Position numbers and translations under genes: made by a program. The notes under the pieces were generated by a model, which worked only from the letters and a program-made list of their open reading frames with translations, ran no database searches and was not told the DNA's origin. A DNA stretch of 64,000 bases from a virus: positions 64,001 to 128,000 of the IMG/VR virus record IMGVR_UViG_3300029349_000001, one strand, 5' to 3'. This document shows, piece by piece, positions 10,901 through 20,416 of this stretch (positions within the stretch are counted from its first letter, which is position 1; the number at the start of each line of letters is the position of its first letter).

Positions 10901-13900
10901 TTAGTGGTAATGGAATTTTTGATATGAGAGGCATGACTCTTGGAAATAATACTTCACATAATACATACTTAAGTCGTATATTAATTAAAGACGCATCAGA
11001 ATCCTCTTCTTTTCTCTTTGATCACAATTCTAATCAAGGATATAGAAATGTAAATGGTGTTTCTTATAGATCTCAAGAATCAATAGATGACTTATATATA
11101 GACCGCTGCACAGATAATGAAACAGAAGAGAGTTTTGTTTGCGAACCACAATTAGATAATCTTGCTGGTGATTGTTATCCTGGTATTGCTACTTCTATGT
11201 ATTCTTTGCCAGAAGGTGGAGGTATTAATAATTTGTTTATAGAGGATCTAGAAATTAAAATTAATTTTTTGAACTATCCTAATCCTAAAAATATGATTTT
11301 AGCTCTGGAAATTTTTAATCCCACTTTGCCAGCACTACCAGAATTTAATAAGATTTTTATATCTAACGATAAGCAAACAACAGGCGTAGCAGATTTGGAT
11401 ACTTATATATCCGCCATAAATACTATGAATACGTCAACTGATGAACGGTCGAGAATTATATACTTATATAACCAAGAATCTATAGAGAACTATAATTTAA
11501 ATTTTAATTTATTATTCAGTGACAACTATAAGCATCAAGCGGTTTTTGACGACTCCAATAAATATGATCAATATTTAAGCCATTTGAATAAACCTATACA
11601 TTCTGATACTCCGATTAGATCTACTCTGTCTTCTAATAATTACTCAGATAGACAGTCAGCGAAATATAAAAAAGCAATAAACAACAATCTACTCCCGGTA
11701 TCCTCTGCTTCGCTAGCCAAGTTTAAAAATATTCCATTAAAAGATACGTCTTTTATTTTGAAAGTAATAATACTAGGTACAGAAGAAAATGCTTTAGCTA
11801 TGGATAATGTAGTTAATAATTCTGAGTTGTCTGGATTAACATCTTTTGAGACAACACGTAAAAGTAATACAATAGCTAATAGTATTTGTTCTTGGGATCT
11901 CATAGTACATACTAACAAAACACCCAAGTTCCATAATAAAAATCCAAGAGGTCATTTAGACTATGATAATAATAGTAATTCTGTAATCAAAGGCTATAAT
12001 TTTATTGGTGATTTTACGAATAAAACATATTTGATTCCAAAAGTTAATTTAAATGCTCCTTATCAGTATTTAGCTAATATTAATTATTATTGTAGATATA
12101 TTAATGACGACGAATTATCTAAACCATTAACATATCAAGAATTAAGATTTCCATTCGTATTTTTTTCGTGGACTCCGTTTTTTACGCTAGCGGGAGCTAT
12201 GTTTGCAGCATGGGAAATATCGCAAGCTTTTAGTCGAGGCGGACGTAGTGACCCTTTAGTAAGCTTCTTATATGATCTTAGATTTCAAAGAATGCAGGAA
12301 GAGTTAGAGCGTAATTATTTTCAGCCTGGATATGAGGCAGTTGCTCAAGGATACGCAGACAAAGCTCTAGTTCTTTTAACTAAAGACGATGTATCTTGGT
12401 ACAAGATGGAGGTTCCTATAAATAGGTACGAACACTCCGATATTCTAAAGCTCAAAAGATATAATTATATTAAACTAAGTTCTAGTACAGCCAAGCCTCT
12501 ATCTATGCTAAAATTTAGCCTTGTTACAGAGGACAAGCAACTAACAGGACCGGCGGAGATCAAATATACTTTTTCTACAAATATAGGACTCTCAGGACTA
12601 GAGAAGACAGTACCGAATCCATCGGACTCAAATAGCACTATAACATTAAAATTTGACGAAGGAGACGTGGTTGAATTAACTGGACAAACCACAGCCGCCA
12701 ATAATGGTTTATATGTGGTAAAAACCGGAGCATGGGTGAGATTTCCGGATACAAGAGATATTAGATTTTTAGTAAATAATAGATATGGCAATAGTACCAA
12801 CACCAATAACCTGACCTCGGCAAATATCACTGCCAAAAAAATTATCAAAATTAAGGGAGCCAGAGCCTTTCATTTTTTCGATATTAATGATTCAGTATCT
12901 ATGTCTGCTAATTTCCAACAAGAGAATCCCGTTTCTTCAACAATATCAGATAAATATTTAATTAATATTACAGATAGTGTTTATACAATACTAGTGCTAA
13001 ACGCTGGTCTTTCTAGTCTATCAGAAGGATACGTATATAAAAATACAAACAATACTCTTTTAGTATATAGTAGTAATGAAACTATTAATGACGATTCCAC
13101 TATAGGCAAATGGGGCCTTGCTAAGTCTACCGAAGAATTAGGAAATAGACTAGTTAGTAAAATAGGCCATTCGGCAATGGGTGAGGGCAATTATGGATAT
13201 GGTACTCCATATGTGGATCCAGACACATACTCTTCACTATCATATGACTCTAATCATATTAAACAAGTATATGACACGATGGATAATACAGCAAATGACG
13301 CCTATAAATATAATAAGATTTTCTTAGAATCTAATGGCACTAATACAACTATAGACTTTGATCCCGATACAGACTCACCCGCACAATTATGCAAATATTA
13401 TCCATTTAGTATAAATGACTATGATTATGCCAAAGACACAGCGGGATATCAACAAATTTTAGCCAGTGAAACCAACGCAGAGGATAAAGCAAACCTGAAT
13501 ATAGATTTAGTAGGCTCCATTTTACAACCAGATAAACAAAGCTATTATTTTATGGATCTTAAATCAGAAAAATTTAGCAATGTTGCTGAAGCTGGTTATT
13601 TATATATAGAAAACGATTACATTAAATATAAACCAACACAAAAACTATCTACTGCACAAAGAAATTCTATTCAACAAAGAATTGATTTTATTTCTACTAC
13701 AGGGATACCACCTGCTGATTTGCCAACTACGTCTATTTCCAATATAGATAATATTCCGGATCTATTAACAGTATACAGTACTACAGCTGAAGAATTAAAT
13801 GTTTGTCAATATCCTAATTTCAGTAATACTGGCAGCGCATGTAAAAAACAACAATCCAAACTGAAGTTATTGCAACTGTGTGACGAAAGGGCCAAACTGC

Positions 13901-14823
13901 TCAAGATTTTAGAGAATGATGATATGTCATCTCCTAATGTATTACCAATATATGAAATTATTTATAATACTATACCACAAAATGGACAAGCGGGCGTTCC
14001 TCCAAAAATTAGTATAGAGTATAGAACCAAAGACTATTTTTGGTTTAATATTGATGCTAATCAAAGCTGTTCTTGGGCCTCCGAAGCAATGCCTAGAATT
14101 TTATATCAAACAGAATATAGATGTTCTCCTATAGTCGAGTTTTATCAATATCCTGAATGCAATTCGGTTTGTTTATTTGAGGAGGTCAAAGGAGGAGCCG
14201 ATTTTGATATGTTAACAGAAAATGGTATACAAATCTTACAAAATAAAAAAGTAGAGGAAGAAAAAGCAAAATATCCGCAAGTTACAAATTGGGGCTTAGA
14301 TACTGAAACATTTCACGACAGAGTAGAGAAAAAATTCTTTTTATCATGCGGAGAAAATTTTAGAGATACATTATTAACAGTCAGAGAGAGATATTTATAT
14401 CCAAAAATTGATGCAACCCAAAGATTTGGCGCTGTTAAAGATGTATTTAATTTAGACAATACCGATAGCATAAAAATGAAATTTAGAATTATACCAAGAA
14501 AACTTAAAACTATTGATCCTATTTTTCAGAGATATGTTTATGACTACAATGGAAATTTGGCCAAGGATATTATACCACCTCCAGGCGGCCCTATGTTTAA
14601 TGGCTTGTCTATTTGGAGATGTATAGACTTTAATAGGAATTCTCCTAATTTGGGTAAGATGGTTGATCCGCCACTATTCTTCAAGGTACAAAATGAAATG
14701 ATTTTTAGGGCATATTTTGGTAGTACAGACGGCATCGAAATTAAAAATTCTCCTATATCAGAAGCTAAAGAATTTTGGGAATGGATACCGTATGAATATT
14801 TTGATGGACCAATTATAGAGTAA
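7912..14823 (+). CDS. Giant (2303 aa) putative virion/tail protein with PKD-like and proprotein-convertase P-domain-like segments
   Basis: FWQLVDGP...KKPGVYTVRCQIT is PKD/Ig-like; IEDLEIKINF...NMILALE...ICSWDLIV is P-domain-like. Confidence 0.55.
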   Translation: MYPINTKNNCTIYSNSFLNDLDDHAIEDILLDTRLQSGGTEGNNSEYGARLKYKLQSETSSIVCKITDMRSLLTTYTPSTSPNYNWLPAIINHDNYIQNKEILAGTVIGNKVLGIENFIKIQNPKFKNWSILDDGNSPNTDGSSISIDWVINSNLTSIEPEYGVLYWYKKNEPTATNTTQYPIDKLPSRTIVSPVSNIVSNDTNSTVLATPQDKLIKIDNNILKFVDKSPVSWNSGTDPVFDYGTKDNQNLSKSTIDISGARNNAAIRFYAINSQNFLNNQQNLLFPDYQIWIADGEFYSYFNSAREKHDFQTHRPTKWPSRSYISPGMYHVYRAIYNALTVDRVKSLTTIGTVCYAEKLRKLCCILATSPLIDRVTINCLYNASIKDQVNTYLNAPASSSTNEEVRALLDIINVITKELSNLTDKIENQTNNNNYIRTPSQLYKKLKSKYSANLRIEPQQIKKIKFNKTLPNGAHAYFDLNHKTFCPKNTRPSTERFPSYIYNKFEYTVGDIVIKNSLDINNNKLKSQSLRVFSNADDTTIRKDVPWDITRLATNEKIRLNLGPDIVLPFTPDNGEMILSYDLDLLGDLDCFWQLVDGPECFRFSHFAKNGRIDFIKRNKISTDSRPNFYVKKPGVYTVRCQITKSSTLKASDTIRLYIGVPNPDVPPRTAADNTDTVTNKYNPLCSNLRQFAVNKYGLFWVIDSDVYTIAQSNRQIITDTTASERLLNQKLGLDFEPQVVRNADVVFKFETLTTTVKLHSVTIENMRDSLDSTSQCKSFYQDKLVRQRDTRITNINTFVARYIRQDRGGDILTFYGRGYDNDGREVRFSEEFSFPYLSTVLAPGIRSYGGYSNNVVNTIGVEIPFHPVYEGSSSRTLSLYKLPNGNWGGGSDVNPIMAKKPYIMPRMIDRNNMSDNNPNTTLKCSMMDIPVSGYTTLNKGFFHPNSGWFPGSTSQTYPSVLQNIGDSAYSSLSSHGKNITSVHRYKVYRYKSYYFSGNGIFDMRGMTLGNNTSHNTYLSRILIKDASESSSFLFDHNSNQGYRNVNGVSYRSQESIDDLYIDRCTDNETEESFVCEPQLDNLAGDCYPGIATSMYSLPEGGGINNLFIEDLEIKINFLNYPNPKNMILALEIFNPTLPALPEFNKIFISNDKQTTGVADLDTYISAINTMNTSTDERSRIIYLYNQESIENYNLNFNLLFSDNYKHQAVFDDSNKYDQYLSHLNKPIHSDTPIRSTLSSNNYSDRQSAKYKKAINNNLLPVSSASLAKFKNIPLKDTSFILKVIILGTEENALAMDNVVNNSELSGLTSFETTRKSNTIANSICSWDLIVHTNKTPKFHNKNPRGHLDYDNNSNSVIKGYNFIGDFTNKTYLIPKVNLNAPYQYLANINYYCRYINDDELSKPLTYQELRFPFVFFSWTPFFTLAGAMFAAWEISQAFSRGGRSDPLVSFLYDLRFQRMQEELERNYFQPGYEAVAQGYADKALVLLTKDDVSWYKMEVPINRYEHSDILKLKRYNYIKLSSSTAKPLSMLKFSLVTEDKQLTGPAEIKYTFSTNIGLSGLEKTVPNPSDSNSTITLKFDEGDVVELTGQTTAANNGLYVVKTGAWVRFPDTRDIRFLVNNRYGNSTNTNNLTSANITAKKIIKIKGARAFHFFDINDSVSMSANFQQENPVSSTISDKYLINITDSVYTILVLNAGLSSLSEGYVYKNTNNTLLVYSSNETINDDSTIGKWGLAKSTEELGNRLVSKIGHSAMGEGNYGYGTPYVDPDTYSSLSYDSNHIKQVYDTMDNTANDAYKYNKIFLESNGTNTTIDFDPDTDSPAQLCKYYPFSINDYDYAKDTAGYQQILASETNAEDKANLNIDLVGSILQPDKQSYYFMDLKSEKFSNVAEAGYLYIENDYIKYKPTQKLSTAQRNSIQQRIDFISTTGIPPADLPTTSISNIDNIPDLLTVYSTTAEELNVCQYPNFSNTGSACKKQQSKLKLLQLCDERAKLLKILENDDMSSPNVLPIYEIIYNTIPQNGQAGVPPKISIEYRTKDYFWFNIDANQSCSWASEAMPRILYQTEYRCSPIVEFYQYPECNSVCLFEEVKGGADFDMLTENGIQILQNKKVEEEKAKYPQVTNWGLDTETFHDRVEKKFFLSCGENFRDTLLTVRERYLYPKIDATQRFGAVKDVFNLDNTDSIKMKFRIIPRKLKTIDPIFQRYVYDYNGNLAKDIIPPPGGPMFNGLSIWRCIDFNRNSPNLGKMVDPPLFFKVQNEMIFRAYFGSTDGIEIKNSPISEAKEFWEWIPYEYFDGPIIE

Positions 14824-14837
14824 ACATAGGATAAATT

Positions 14838-17027
14838 ATGTCTATAGGTAGTGTAGTAGATCAAGAATCGTTATTTTATTTTTTTGACCCATCTGCGGTA
14901 GATGGAGATAAAATAGATATATTTATTAATAATCAACCAATTAAAAGTATTGATCTTACATCTGAACTTAATACACAGCCATTTAAAGTTGCAGAATATA
15001 GCATTATAGGCAACAATACTCTCAAGATAAAAGCCACTTCTACTGGAGAAAGCGGCAACTGTACATTTGCATATTATATTGAAAAAAATCAAGATATTAT
15101 TGTATATGGATTTTATGAATTAGTATTAGACGAAGAGATTTCTTTGGATTACGAATATTCTCCAAGTAGTCCTATACCAACTCCTACTAGTACAAGAACC
15201 CCCACACCCACCGTTTCTATTTCTAATACCCCGACAAACACACAATCTGTAACACCCACATGCACTAACACACCCACTCCTTTAGAAGATACTCCAACTC
15301 CCACCCCAACCTCAACTTCAGAACCAACTCAAACACCAACTCCGACTGCGACTACTACCAATACTCCTACGCTTACTCCTACAATAACTGCAACGAATAC
15401 AAATACGCCAACAAATACACCATCACCTACTGTATCTCCAAGTATCGGCTCCACCTGTTCTGTACTAGTAATGGCTGTTTGTTATTTACATTCTATTAAT
15501 CAGCCTAGCTCTGTTATTGCTTCAATGTTATCTGTTAATGAGTCAGTAGTATCTGAAATTATTCAACAAAGTTATCCGTGTATACCTATTAAGCCATCGC
15601 CCACTCCTACGCCTACACAAACACGCACTCCAACTCCTACTCGTAGTGCTACTCCAACAAGTACTCTCACACCAACCAAAACATCTATGGCGACAAGAAC
15701 GCCAGATCCTACTAGAACACCAGACCCTACAGGAACACCAGAACCAACTAGTAGCAGAACACCCACACCAGAACCTACAGTTTCTCCCACCAATACTGTA
15801 ACACCCACACCAACTATTACCGCCACGCCAACAGCTACAGAAACTCCAACACTAACCCCATCCCCAACCGTCACACCATCTAAAGGTTCAAGACCACCAC
15901 AATATAGAAGAAAAGGAAAGGGACTACCATGTGATCCATATGTAGTGCCGGGTAGTGAACTAACGGATATGAATATCTTAAGATTGAATCCTAAAGTTGC
16001 AGGTAAGCTAAAGTACGAAAAGAAGTTCGTTGGAGATATGAAAGAGGGAGGTATCGTTGTATCTATTGTCAAGCCTGGAGGAGAGATTGTTATGGTGGAT
16101 ACTGGTATTACAGCCACCCCTACTGTTACTCCTACGAATACTCCAACTACAACACCTACTACAACTGTTACTAAAACACCCACTCGAACTAGTACGCCTA
16201 CACCGACTAGTACTGTGACACCAACACCTTCTATTACTAGTACTATTACTCCTACACAAACACCTACTATAAGCCCCACTCAAACAAGTACAGTAACTCC
16301 TACAGAAACACCCACACTAACACCAACCACCACTCCAAGTCTTTCTTTAAGTCCATCGAGTCATCCAGCCCAACTTCTAGATAATGTTCAGAAAAATGCT
16401 ATCGAATGGTTATTAAGTAAAAACTTCATAGACTGGGAGATTATAGAACTTATAGGCATATCTTTTAATACATATCAATATTATATGTACTTAAGACAAT
16501 TTAAAGATACTCCTGTTCCCACATCTTCTATGACGCCCACACCAACACCAACTAGTGAACCAACCCCAACTCCTACAAAAACATCTACTCAAACACCAAC
16601 CGTTACCAAAACATTAACGCCGACTAATACTGTTACTAAAACGCCTACTGGTACTATGACGAGAACACCGGAGCCAACTTCTAGCACAACTCCTACGTCT
16701 ACGCCAGAGCCAACAGTAACTATGACCCCGACTGTAACACCCACACCAGAACCAACACCCACAAATACAATGACGCCTACGATTACTCCTTCTATTACAG
16801 CATCTCCAGATAATTGTGCTAATTATGTATTTCCTGGAGATATTATCATGGTGTATTGTTCTGGTGATTGTCCACCTCCTCGACTAGAGCCTGAAGGAGA
16901 AGGTGCGGAAGGAGAAGCAGGAAGCGGAGAATGTAAAGACACAGACCCATTGTGTCCCAGAAAACCAGATTATAAGTGCGAAACCAGAATAGAGATATCA
17001 ATAGACTTTACTAAGACATGTGAGTAA
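14838..17027 (+). CDS. Thr/Pro-repeat (mucin-like) protein with small embedded globular modules
   Basis: Four long TPTP tracts separated by short folded segments; Cys-rich C-terminus. Confidence 0.75.
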   Translation: MSIGSVVDQESLFYFFDPSAVDGDKIDIFINNQPIKSIDLTSELNTQPFKVAEYSIIGNNTLKIKATSTGESGNCTFAYYIEKNQDIIVYGFYELVLDEEISLDYEYSPSSPIPTPTSTRTPTPTVSISNTPTNTQSVTPTCTNTPTPLEDTPTPTPTSTSEPTQTPTPTATTTNTPTLTPTITATNTNTPTNTPSPTVSPSIGSTCSVLVMAVCYLHSINQPSSVIASMLSVNESVVSEIIQQSYPCIPIKPSPTPTPTQTRTPTPTRSATPTSTLTPTKTSMATRTPDPTRTPDPTGTPEPTSSRTPTPEPTVSPTNTVTPTPTITATPTATETPTLTPSPTVTPSKGSRPPQYRRKGKGLPCDPYVVPGSELTDMNILRLNPKVAGKLKYEKKFVGDMKEGGIVVSIVKPGGEIVMVDTGITATPTVTPTNTPTTTPTTTVTKTPTRTSTPTPTSTVTPTPSITSTITPTQTPTISPTQTSTVTPTETPTLTPTTTPSLSLSPSSHPAQLLDNVQKNAIEWLLSKNFIDWEIIELIGISFNTYQYYMYLRQFKDTPVPTSSMTPTPTPTSEPTPTPTKTSTQTPTVTKTLTPTNTVTKTPTGTMTRTPEPTSSTTPTSTPEPTVTMTPTVTPTPEPTPTNTMTPTITPSITASPDNCANYVFPGDIIMVYCSGDCPPPRLEPEGEGAEGEAGSGECKDTDPLCPRKPDYKCETRIEISIDFTKTCE
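15170..16800 (+). repeat. Low-complexity Thr-Pro coding repeats (interrupted)
   Basis: Degenerate ACNCCN repeats, including an 18-nt-period TRTPDP/TGTPEP unit near 15692-15745. Confidence 0.8.
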
Positions 17028-17030
17028 ATT

Positions 17031-17399
17031 ATGGAAATGACTAATAAATTATGTGTGTTTACAACCCATAACTGGATCAATTTTGAATGCATCAACTGCG
17101 GGCTTAAAATAACAGCCACAGAAAAACAGGATACTATGCCCATTATGCCATGTAAAGAAATATTACATAAAAAAGATAGATCTCAAGACGAATATATTGA
17201 TCAGATGCTTGAATGGTTCAAAGACAACCCCAACCTTGCAGATAAAGAGACTATTCGTAATAGACTCAATATCTGTGAAGGCTGTGAGTTCTTTCAGAAT
17301 GATACCTGTACAAAGTGTGGTTGCTTAATGATGCGCAATAAAAACTTTGTTGGTAAGATTTTGAAACAGGATGCTTCTTGTCCAGAGAATAAGTGGTAG
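17031..17399 (+). CDS. Cys-rich zinc-binding phage protein (DUF6171-like)
   Basis: RLNICEGCEFF..TCTKCGCLM...CPENKW pattern plus N-terminal CINCG. Confidence 0.6.
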   Translation: MEMTNKLCVFTTHNWINFECINCGLKITATEKQDTMPIMPCKEILHKKDRSQDEYIDQMLEWFKDNPNLADKETIRNRLNICEGCEFFQNDTCTKCGCLMMRNKNFVGKILKQDASCPENKW

Positions 17400-17400
17400 A

Positions 17401-17739
17401 TTATTTACCGGTCGAAGCGGCGTTGGGTTGCCACTTATGCCAGCCTTTGTTGGGTAAATAATTTTTCCCATCATCGTCTTTACGCTTAGGGAATAGTGTT
17501 CCACCCTTCTTGTGCTGACCAAATGCTAGTACCGCACCACATTCATTGCAACGTAGTTCGTAGTAGTCATTGCCCTCTACGCTACGCACAACAAATCTTA
17601 GATTGGTACTACCACACAGACCACACTTCTCTTCTGAGAAAATTTCCTGAATTAGAGCTAGTTCTTTAAAAATTTCTTTTTGGCCAGAACCCTCTAGTTC
17701 AAATTGGAGCTTATCGTTTGCCTTATAAACTACTTTCAT
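17401..17739 (-). CDS. Zn-ribbon phage protein
   Basis: CGLCGS...CNECGA. Confidence 0.7.
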   Translation of the reverse strand: MKVVYKANDKLQFELEGSGQKEIFKELALIQEIFSEEKCGLCGSTNLRFVVRSVEGNDYYELRCNECGAVLAFGQHKKGGTLFPKRKDDDGKNYLPNKGWHKWQPNAASTGK

Positions 17740-17742
17740 ATA

Positions 17743-18477
17743 TTATTTCCATTCGTTAGAGTACCCAATTAATGTTTCTGGTATGGTCAACATATTCTGT
17801 TGATAGCCAGATAATACCCTAATAATAGAAACAGCACCATCATGTGACAAGCCATAAATATTTTTAGAATCTAAATTATTGTTTTCTAGTAATTTGCTTA
17901 CATTTATATTTAATCTACTAGAGAGAGTATCAATAAAATTGATCTGATTATTGGTGATTTTATTAACGCTGTCAGCATCTGGATGGTCATCAATATCCTT
18001 GGCGATTTCTTCGGCCGCAACCACTTTCCTAAGTTTTAATGCTCGTCTTAAAGCACGACCCTCTGCTCTGGTTTCTGCAACAGCCACGGGATGATTACGA
18101 TAAATCTTATCACAATTACCCCAATAAACGTCCGCAGCGCCGCTAACCGACCTATATTTTAAATTTTCGTCGTTGGAGTCAACACTTTTTAATACGTACG
18201 ATATGGTGTGAACCACCGTGGCTCGTTTTTCATTGTTTGGTTCTGGAGTTTGAACCACATCTGTTTTAGCCTCTGTTACGCAGCAGTCTAGGGCTATTTC
18301 AAAAATACGTCTTAATCCATCGGTTGTAGGATTACCGGCTATTTTTTCGTCATCTGAGAGCAATGACAACACATGGTCCGTCCACCCAATATCATTTGGT
18401 GATACTTTGACCGATTCGACAGCAACGTTTTCTACAGCACTCACTTCAACAACCTCTTTTTTTGTATTTTTGGCCAT
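17743..18477 (-). CDS. Putative Rad52/Sak-like ssDNA-annealing protein
   Basis: RATVVHTI...SGAADV...AVAETRAEGRALRRAL resembles the Rad52-fold core. Confidence 0.5.
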   Translation of the reverse strand: MAKNTKKEVVEVSAVENVAVESVKVSPNDIGWTDHVLSLLSDDEKIAGNPTTDGLRRIFEIALDCCVTEAKTDVVQTPEPNNEKRATVVHTISYVLKSVDSNDENLKYRSVSGAADVYWGNCDKIYRNHPVAVAETRAEGRALRRALKLRKVVAAEEIAKDIDDHPDADSVNKITNNQINFIDTLSSRLNINVSKLLENNNLDSKNIYGLSHDGAVSIIRVLSGYQQNMLTIPETLIGYSNEWK

Positions 18478-18479
18478 AT

Positions 18480-19274
18480 TTAATCCTCTATAGTAATAAT
18501 CCTTTGGTCGGGTGATGGAAACTTATGTTTAATATTATTGATTTGTTCTAGTAACTTAGAATATATGATCTTGGCTCTGGTTTTTGAGTAGTCCTTAGTT
18601 TGTTTGATTCTTATCAAGACCAAACCTTTGCCTAAGATTAGACCCTGCTTTTTCTGATCATAAGATATGTTTTTATTTAGACAGTCTTGACCCCATACAG
18701 GCTCAAAGTGAGATGGTCCGTCAACTTCGATTGCCGTATTTATACTAGGTAAAAACAGGTCAATCTGCAACTTGGTATTTGTCAAAATCTGCTCTTTATG
18801 AAAGTCTACTTTGAACCCGTCTGTTAACAAACACTCCAATAAGAAATTTTCTAATTTCGATCCTTGCTTACTCGCAACCCTAACAGCATGATTAGCTTTT
18901 TGTAAAATATTTTCTTTTGTTACAACGTCTAATTCTTCCCATGCTGTTTTGGCCTTTTGTTTACGTTCATTAAGTTCATCATCAGATAAAGTTTCCCAAG
19001 ACTTCATAACACCTAGTCCGATTCTGTCTTTCGTTTCTTGTTGTCTCTCTTTGCCTAGAGTCGGATGTTTGTGCTTGCCAGTTTTTAAAGCATTTTTTTG
19101 AGCAGCTGATTTGTCTCTGATAGTTATTCCAAGCTTCTTAGCATCTCTTAATACTTTATTAGCATAAGTACCTTGTTGAGAGGCTATGTCTGCAAAACTC
19201 ATATTCTTTTTTACATATAGGTCATTAAGCAAATTCTTTTTTTCACTATCCGACAACAAACTATATTGTTTCAT
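18480..19274 (-). CDS. Vsr/DUF559-like endonuclease with N-terminal HTH and NUMOD-like repeats
   Basis: SKLE...IDLFLP...AIEVDGPSHF...DQKKQ...LIRI; N-terminal MSFADIA HTH. Start taken at MKQY (ORF track 19286). Confidence 0.7.
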   Translation of the reverse strand: MKQYSLLSDSEKKNLLNDLYVKKNMSFADIASQQGTYANKVLRDAKKLGITIRDKSAAQKNALKTGKHKHPTLGKERQQETKDRIGLGVMKSWETLSDDELNERKQKAKTAWEELDVVTKENILQKANHAVRVASKQGSKLENFLLECLLTDGFKVDFHKEQILTNTKLQIDLFLPSINTAIEVDGPSHFEPVWGQDCLNKNISYDQKKQGLILGKGLVLIRIKQTKDYSKTRAKIIYSKLLEQINNIKHKFPSPDQRIITIED

Positions 19275-19719
19275 ATAAATCACCATAAATTAATTTTTGA
19301 CATACTATTGGTTCATAACTAAAAAACTGACTATACATTTTAGCAATATCTGTATTAGCACTAAAAATTCTATTAATTACTTTAGGACTGAATAATTCCT
19401 TAAGATAAGTATAATCATAAACCTTTTCTGCCCAAGGAATATTCTGTGCATAGTAGGTCAGTCCCTGCTTTTGGACAAATCTTGAGCTAAAAATCAATGA
19501 GTCTAAGTCTAGTGCTACAATATGAGCAGGAAAATGAGAGGCGTGGCTAATATGTAGAACCGGTACCATCTTAGTATCTATAGCATCACATCCACTAGTA
19601 AAAATAGCTATATTATTGAGTGGTCTGTTTCTAATAAAGTCGGATACTAAGCTTATGATATCATGACTAAAAATATCGTTTTTTAATTGCTTAATAATAA
19701 ATCCTAGATTGTGTTGCAT
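19261..19719 (-). CDS. Hypothetical protein (possibly GT-B N-terminal-like)
   Basis: In-operon ORF in the glyco cluster. Confidence 0.5.
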   Translation of the reverse strand: MQHNLGFIIKQLKNDIFSHDIISLVSDFIRNRPLNNIAIFTSGCDAIDTKMVPVLHISHASHFPAHIVALDLDSLIFSSRFVQKQGLTYYAQNIPWAEKVYDYTYLKELFSPKVINRIFSANTDIAKMYSQFFSYEPIVCQKLIYGDLYETI

Positions 19720-19723
19720 AATA

Positions 19724-20416
19724 TTAAACTTTTAGTATGGTTGATAAAAATTGTTCCACTGTGATATGTTCTATATTAGTGTCTATTGTCAAGGCCCCAT
19801 CAGACCCAACTTGTAAAACACCGCAGCCTACAGCATGTGCTTCTGCGACATATTCATTGGTAAGATTAAGGTATTGCGTCGAAGTATTCAATATGTCATT
19901 TTTTTCAGATTCTGTAGTATTTCCTAAATTATATGGATTCGGATTTGCTCCATCAAACATAACTACATTATTCTGTTCACAAAATTTGATAAGTTCTGGT
20001 GTGATATTATAGTTGCTATTCAGAAAAGTACATATATTATATCGAATATTATTGTCTTTATCTTTTTTAGAATAAAAGTCTATATTGTTAAGAATGTGTG
20101 GTACTCTTATGGCATTTGGAACCACAGCATCCTTTTGGGTTACTATGTTATGACACAAATCTAAAATTGGATGAGAGAAATTTTGGTCATGATATATATA
20201 AATATTATATGTTTTATGGTATTCTTCGATAAAAGATGCTATGGCGTTAGTTAGGCCAGAAACATAAAACAAATAGTCTTTTTCTGATTGATGTAAACAA
20301 CCTATCTTGTATACATCAGAAGTGATATTAATGAGTTTAATTTGTGGATTCGATGTTTTATGCAAATAAGACGCTATTGTCTTACTAAGCTTCGAATTAT
20401 TATCTTGTATAATCAT
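19724..20416 (-). CDS. Glycosyltransferase-like protein (degenerate GT-B)
   Basis: DILNTS...YVAEAHAVGCGV resembles the GT-B EAxxxG motif. Confidence 0.5.
   Translation of the reverse strand: MIIQDNNSKLSKTIASYLHKTSNPQIKLINITSDVYKIGCLHQSEKDYLFYVSGLTNAIASFIEEYHKTYNIYIYHDQNFSHPILDLCHNIVTQKDAVVPNAIRVPHILNNIDFYSKKDKDNNIRYNICTFLNSNYNITPELIKFCEQNNVVMFDGANPNPYNLGNTTESEKNDILNTSTQYLNLTNEYVAEAHAVGCGVLQVGSDGALTIDTNIEHITVEQFLSTILKV

Noticed and set aside
15572-16279. 235-aa Val/Gly-rich antisense ORF (likewise 51172..51468)
   Set aside because: It is the mirror of Thr-Pro codon repeats on the coding strand.
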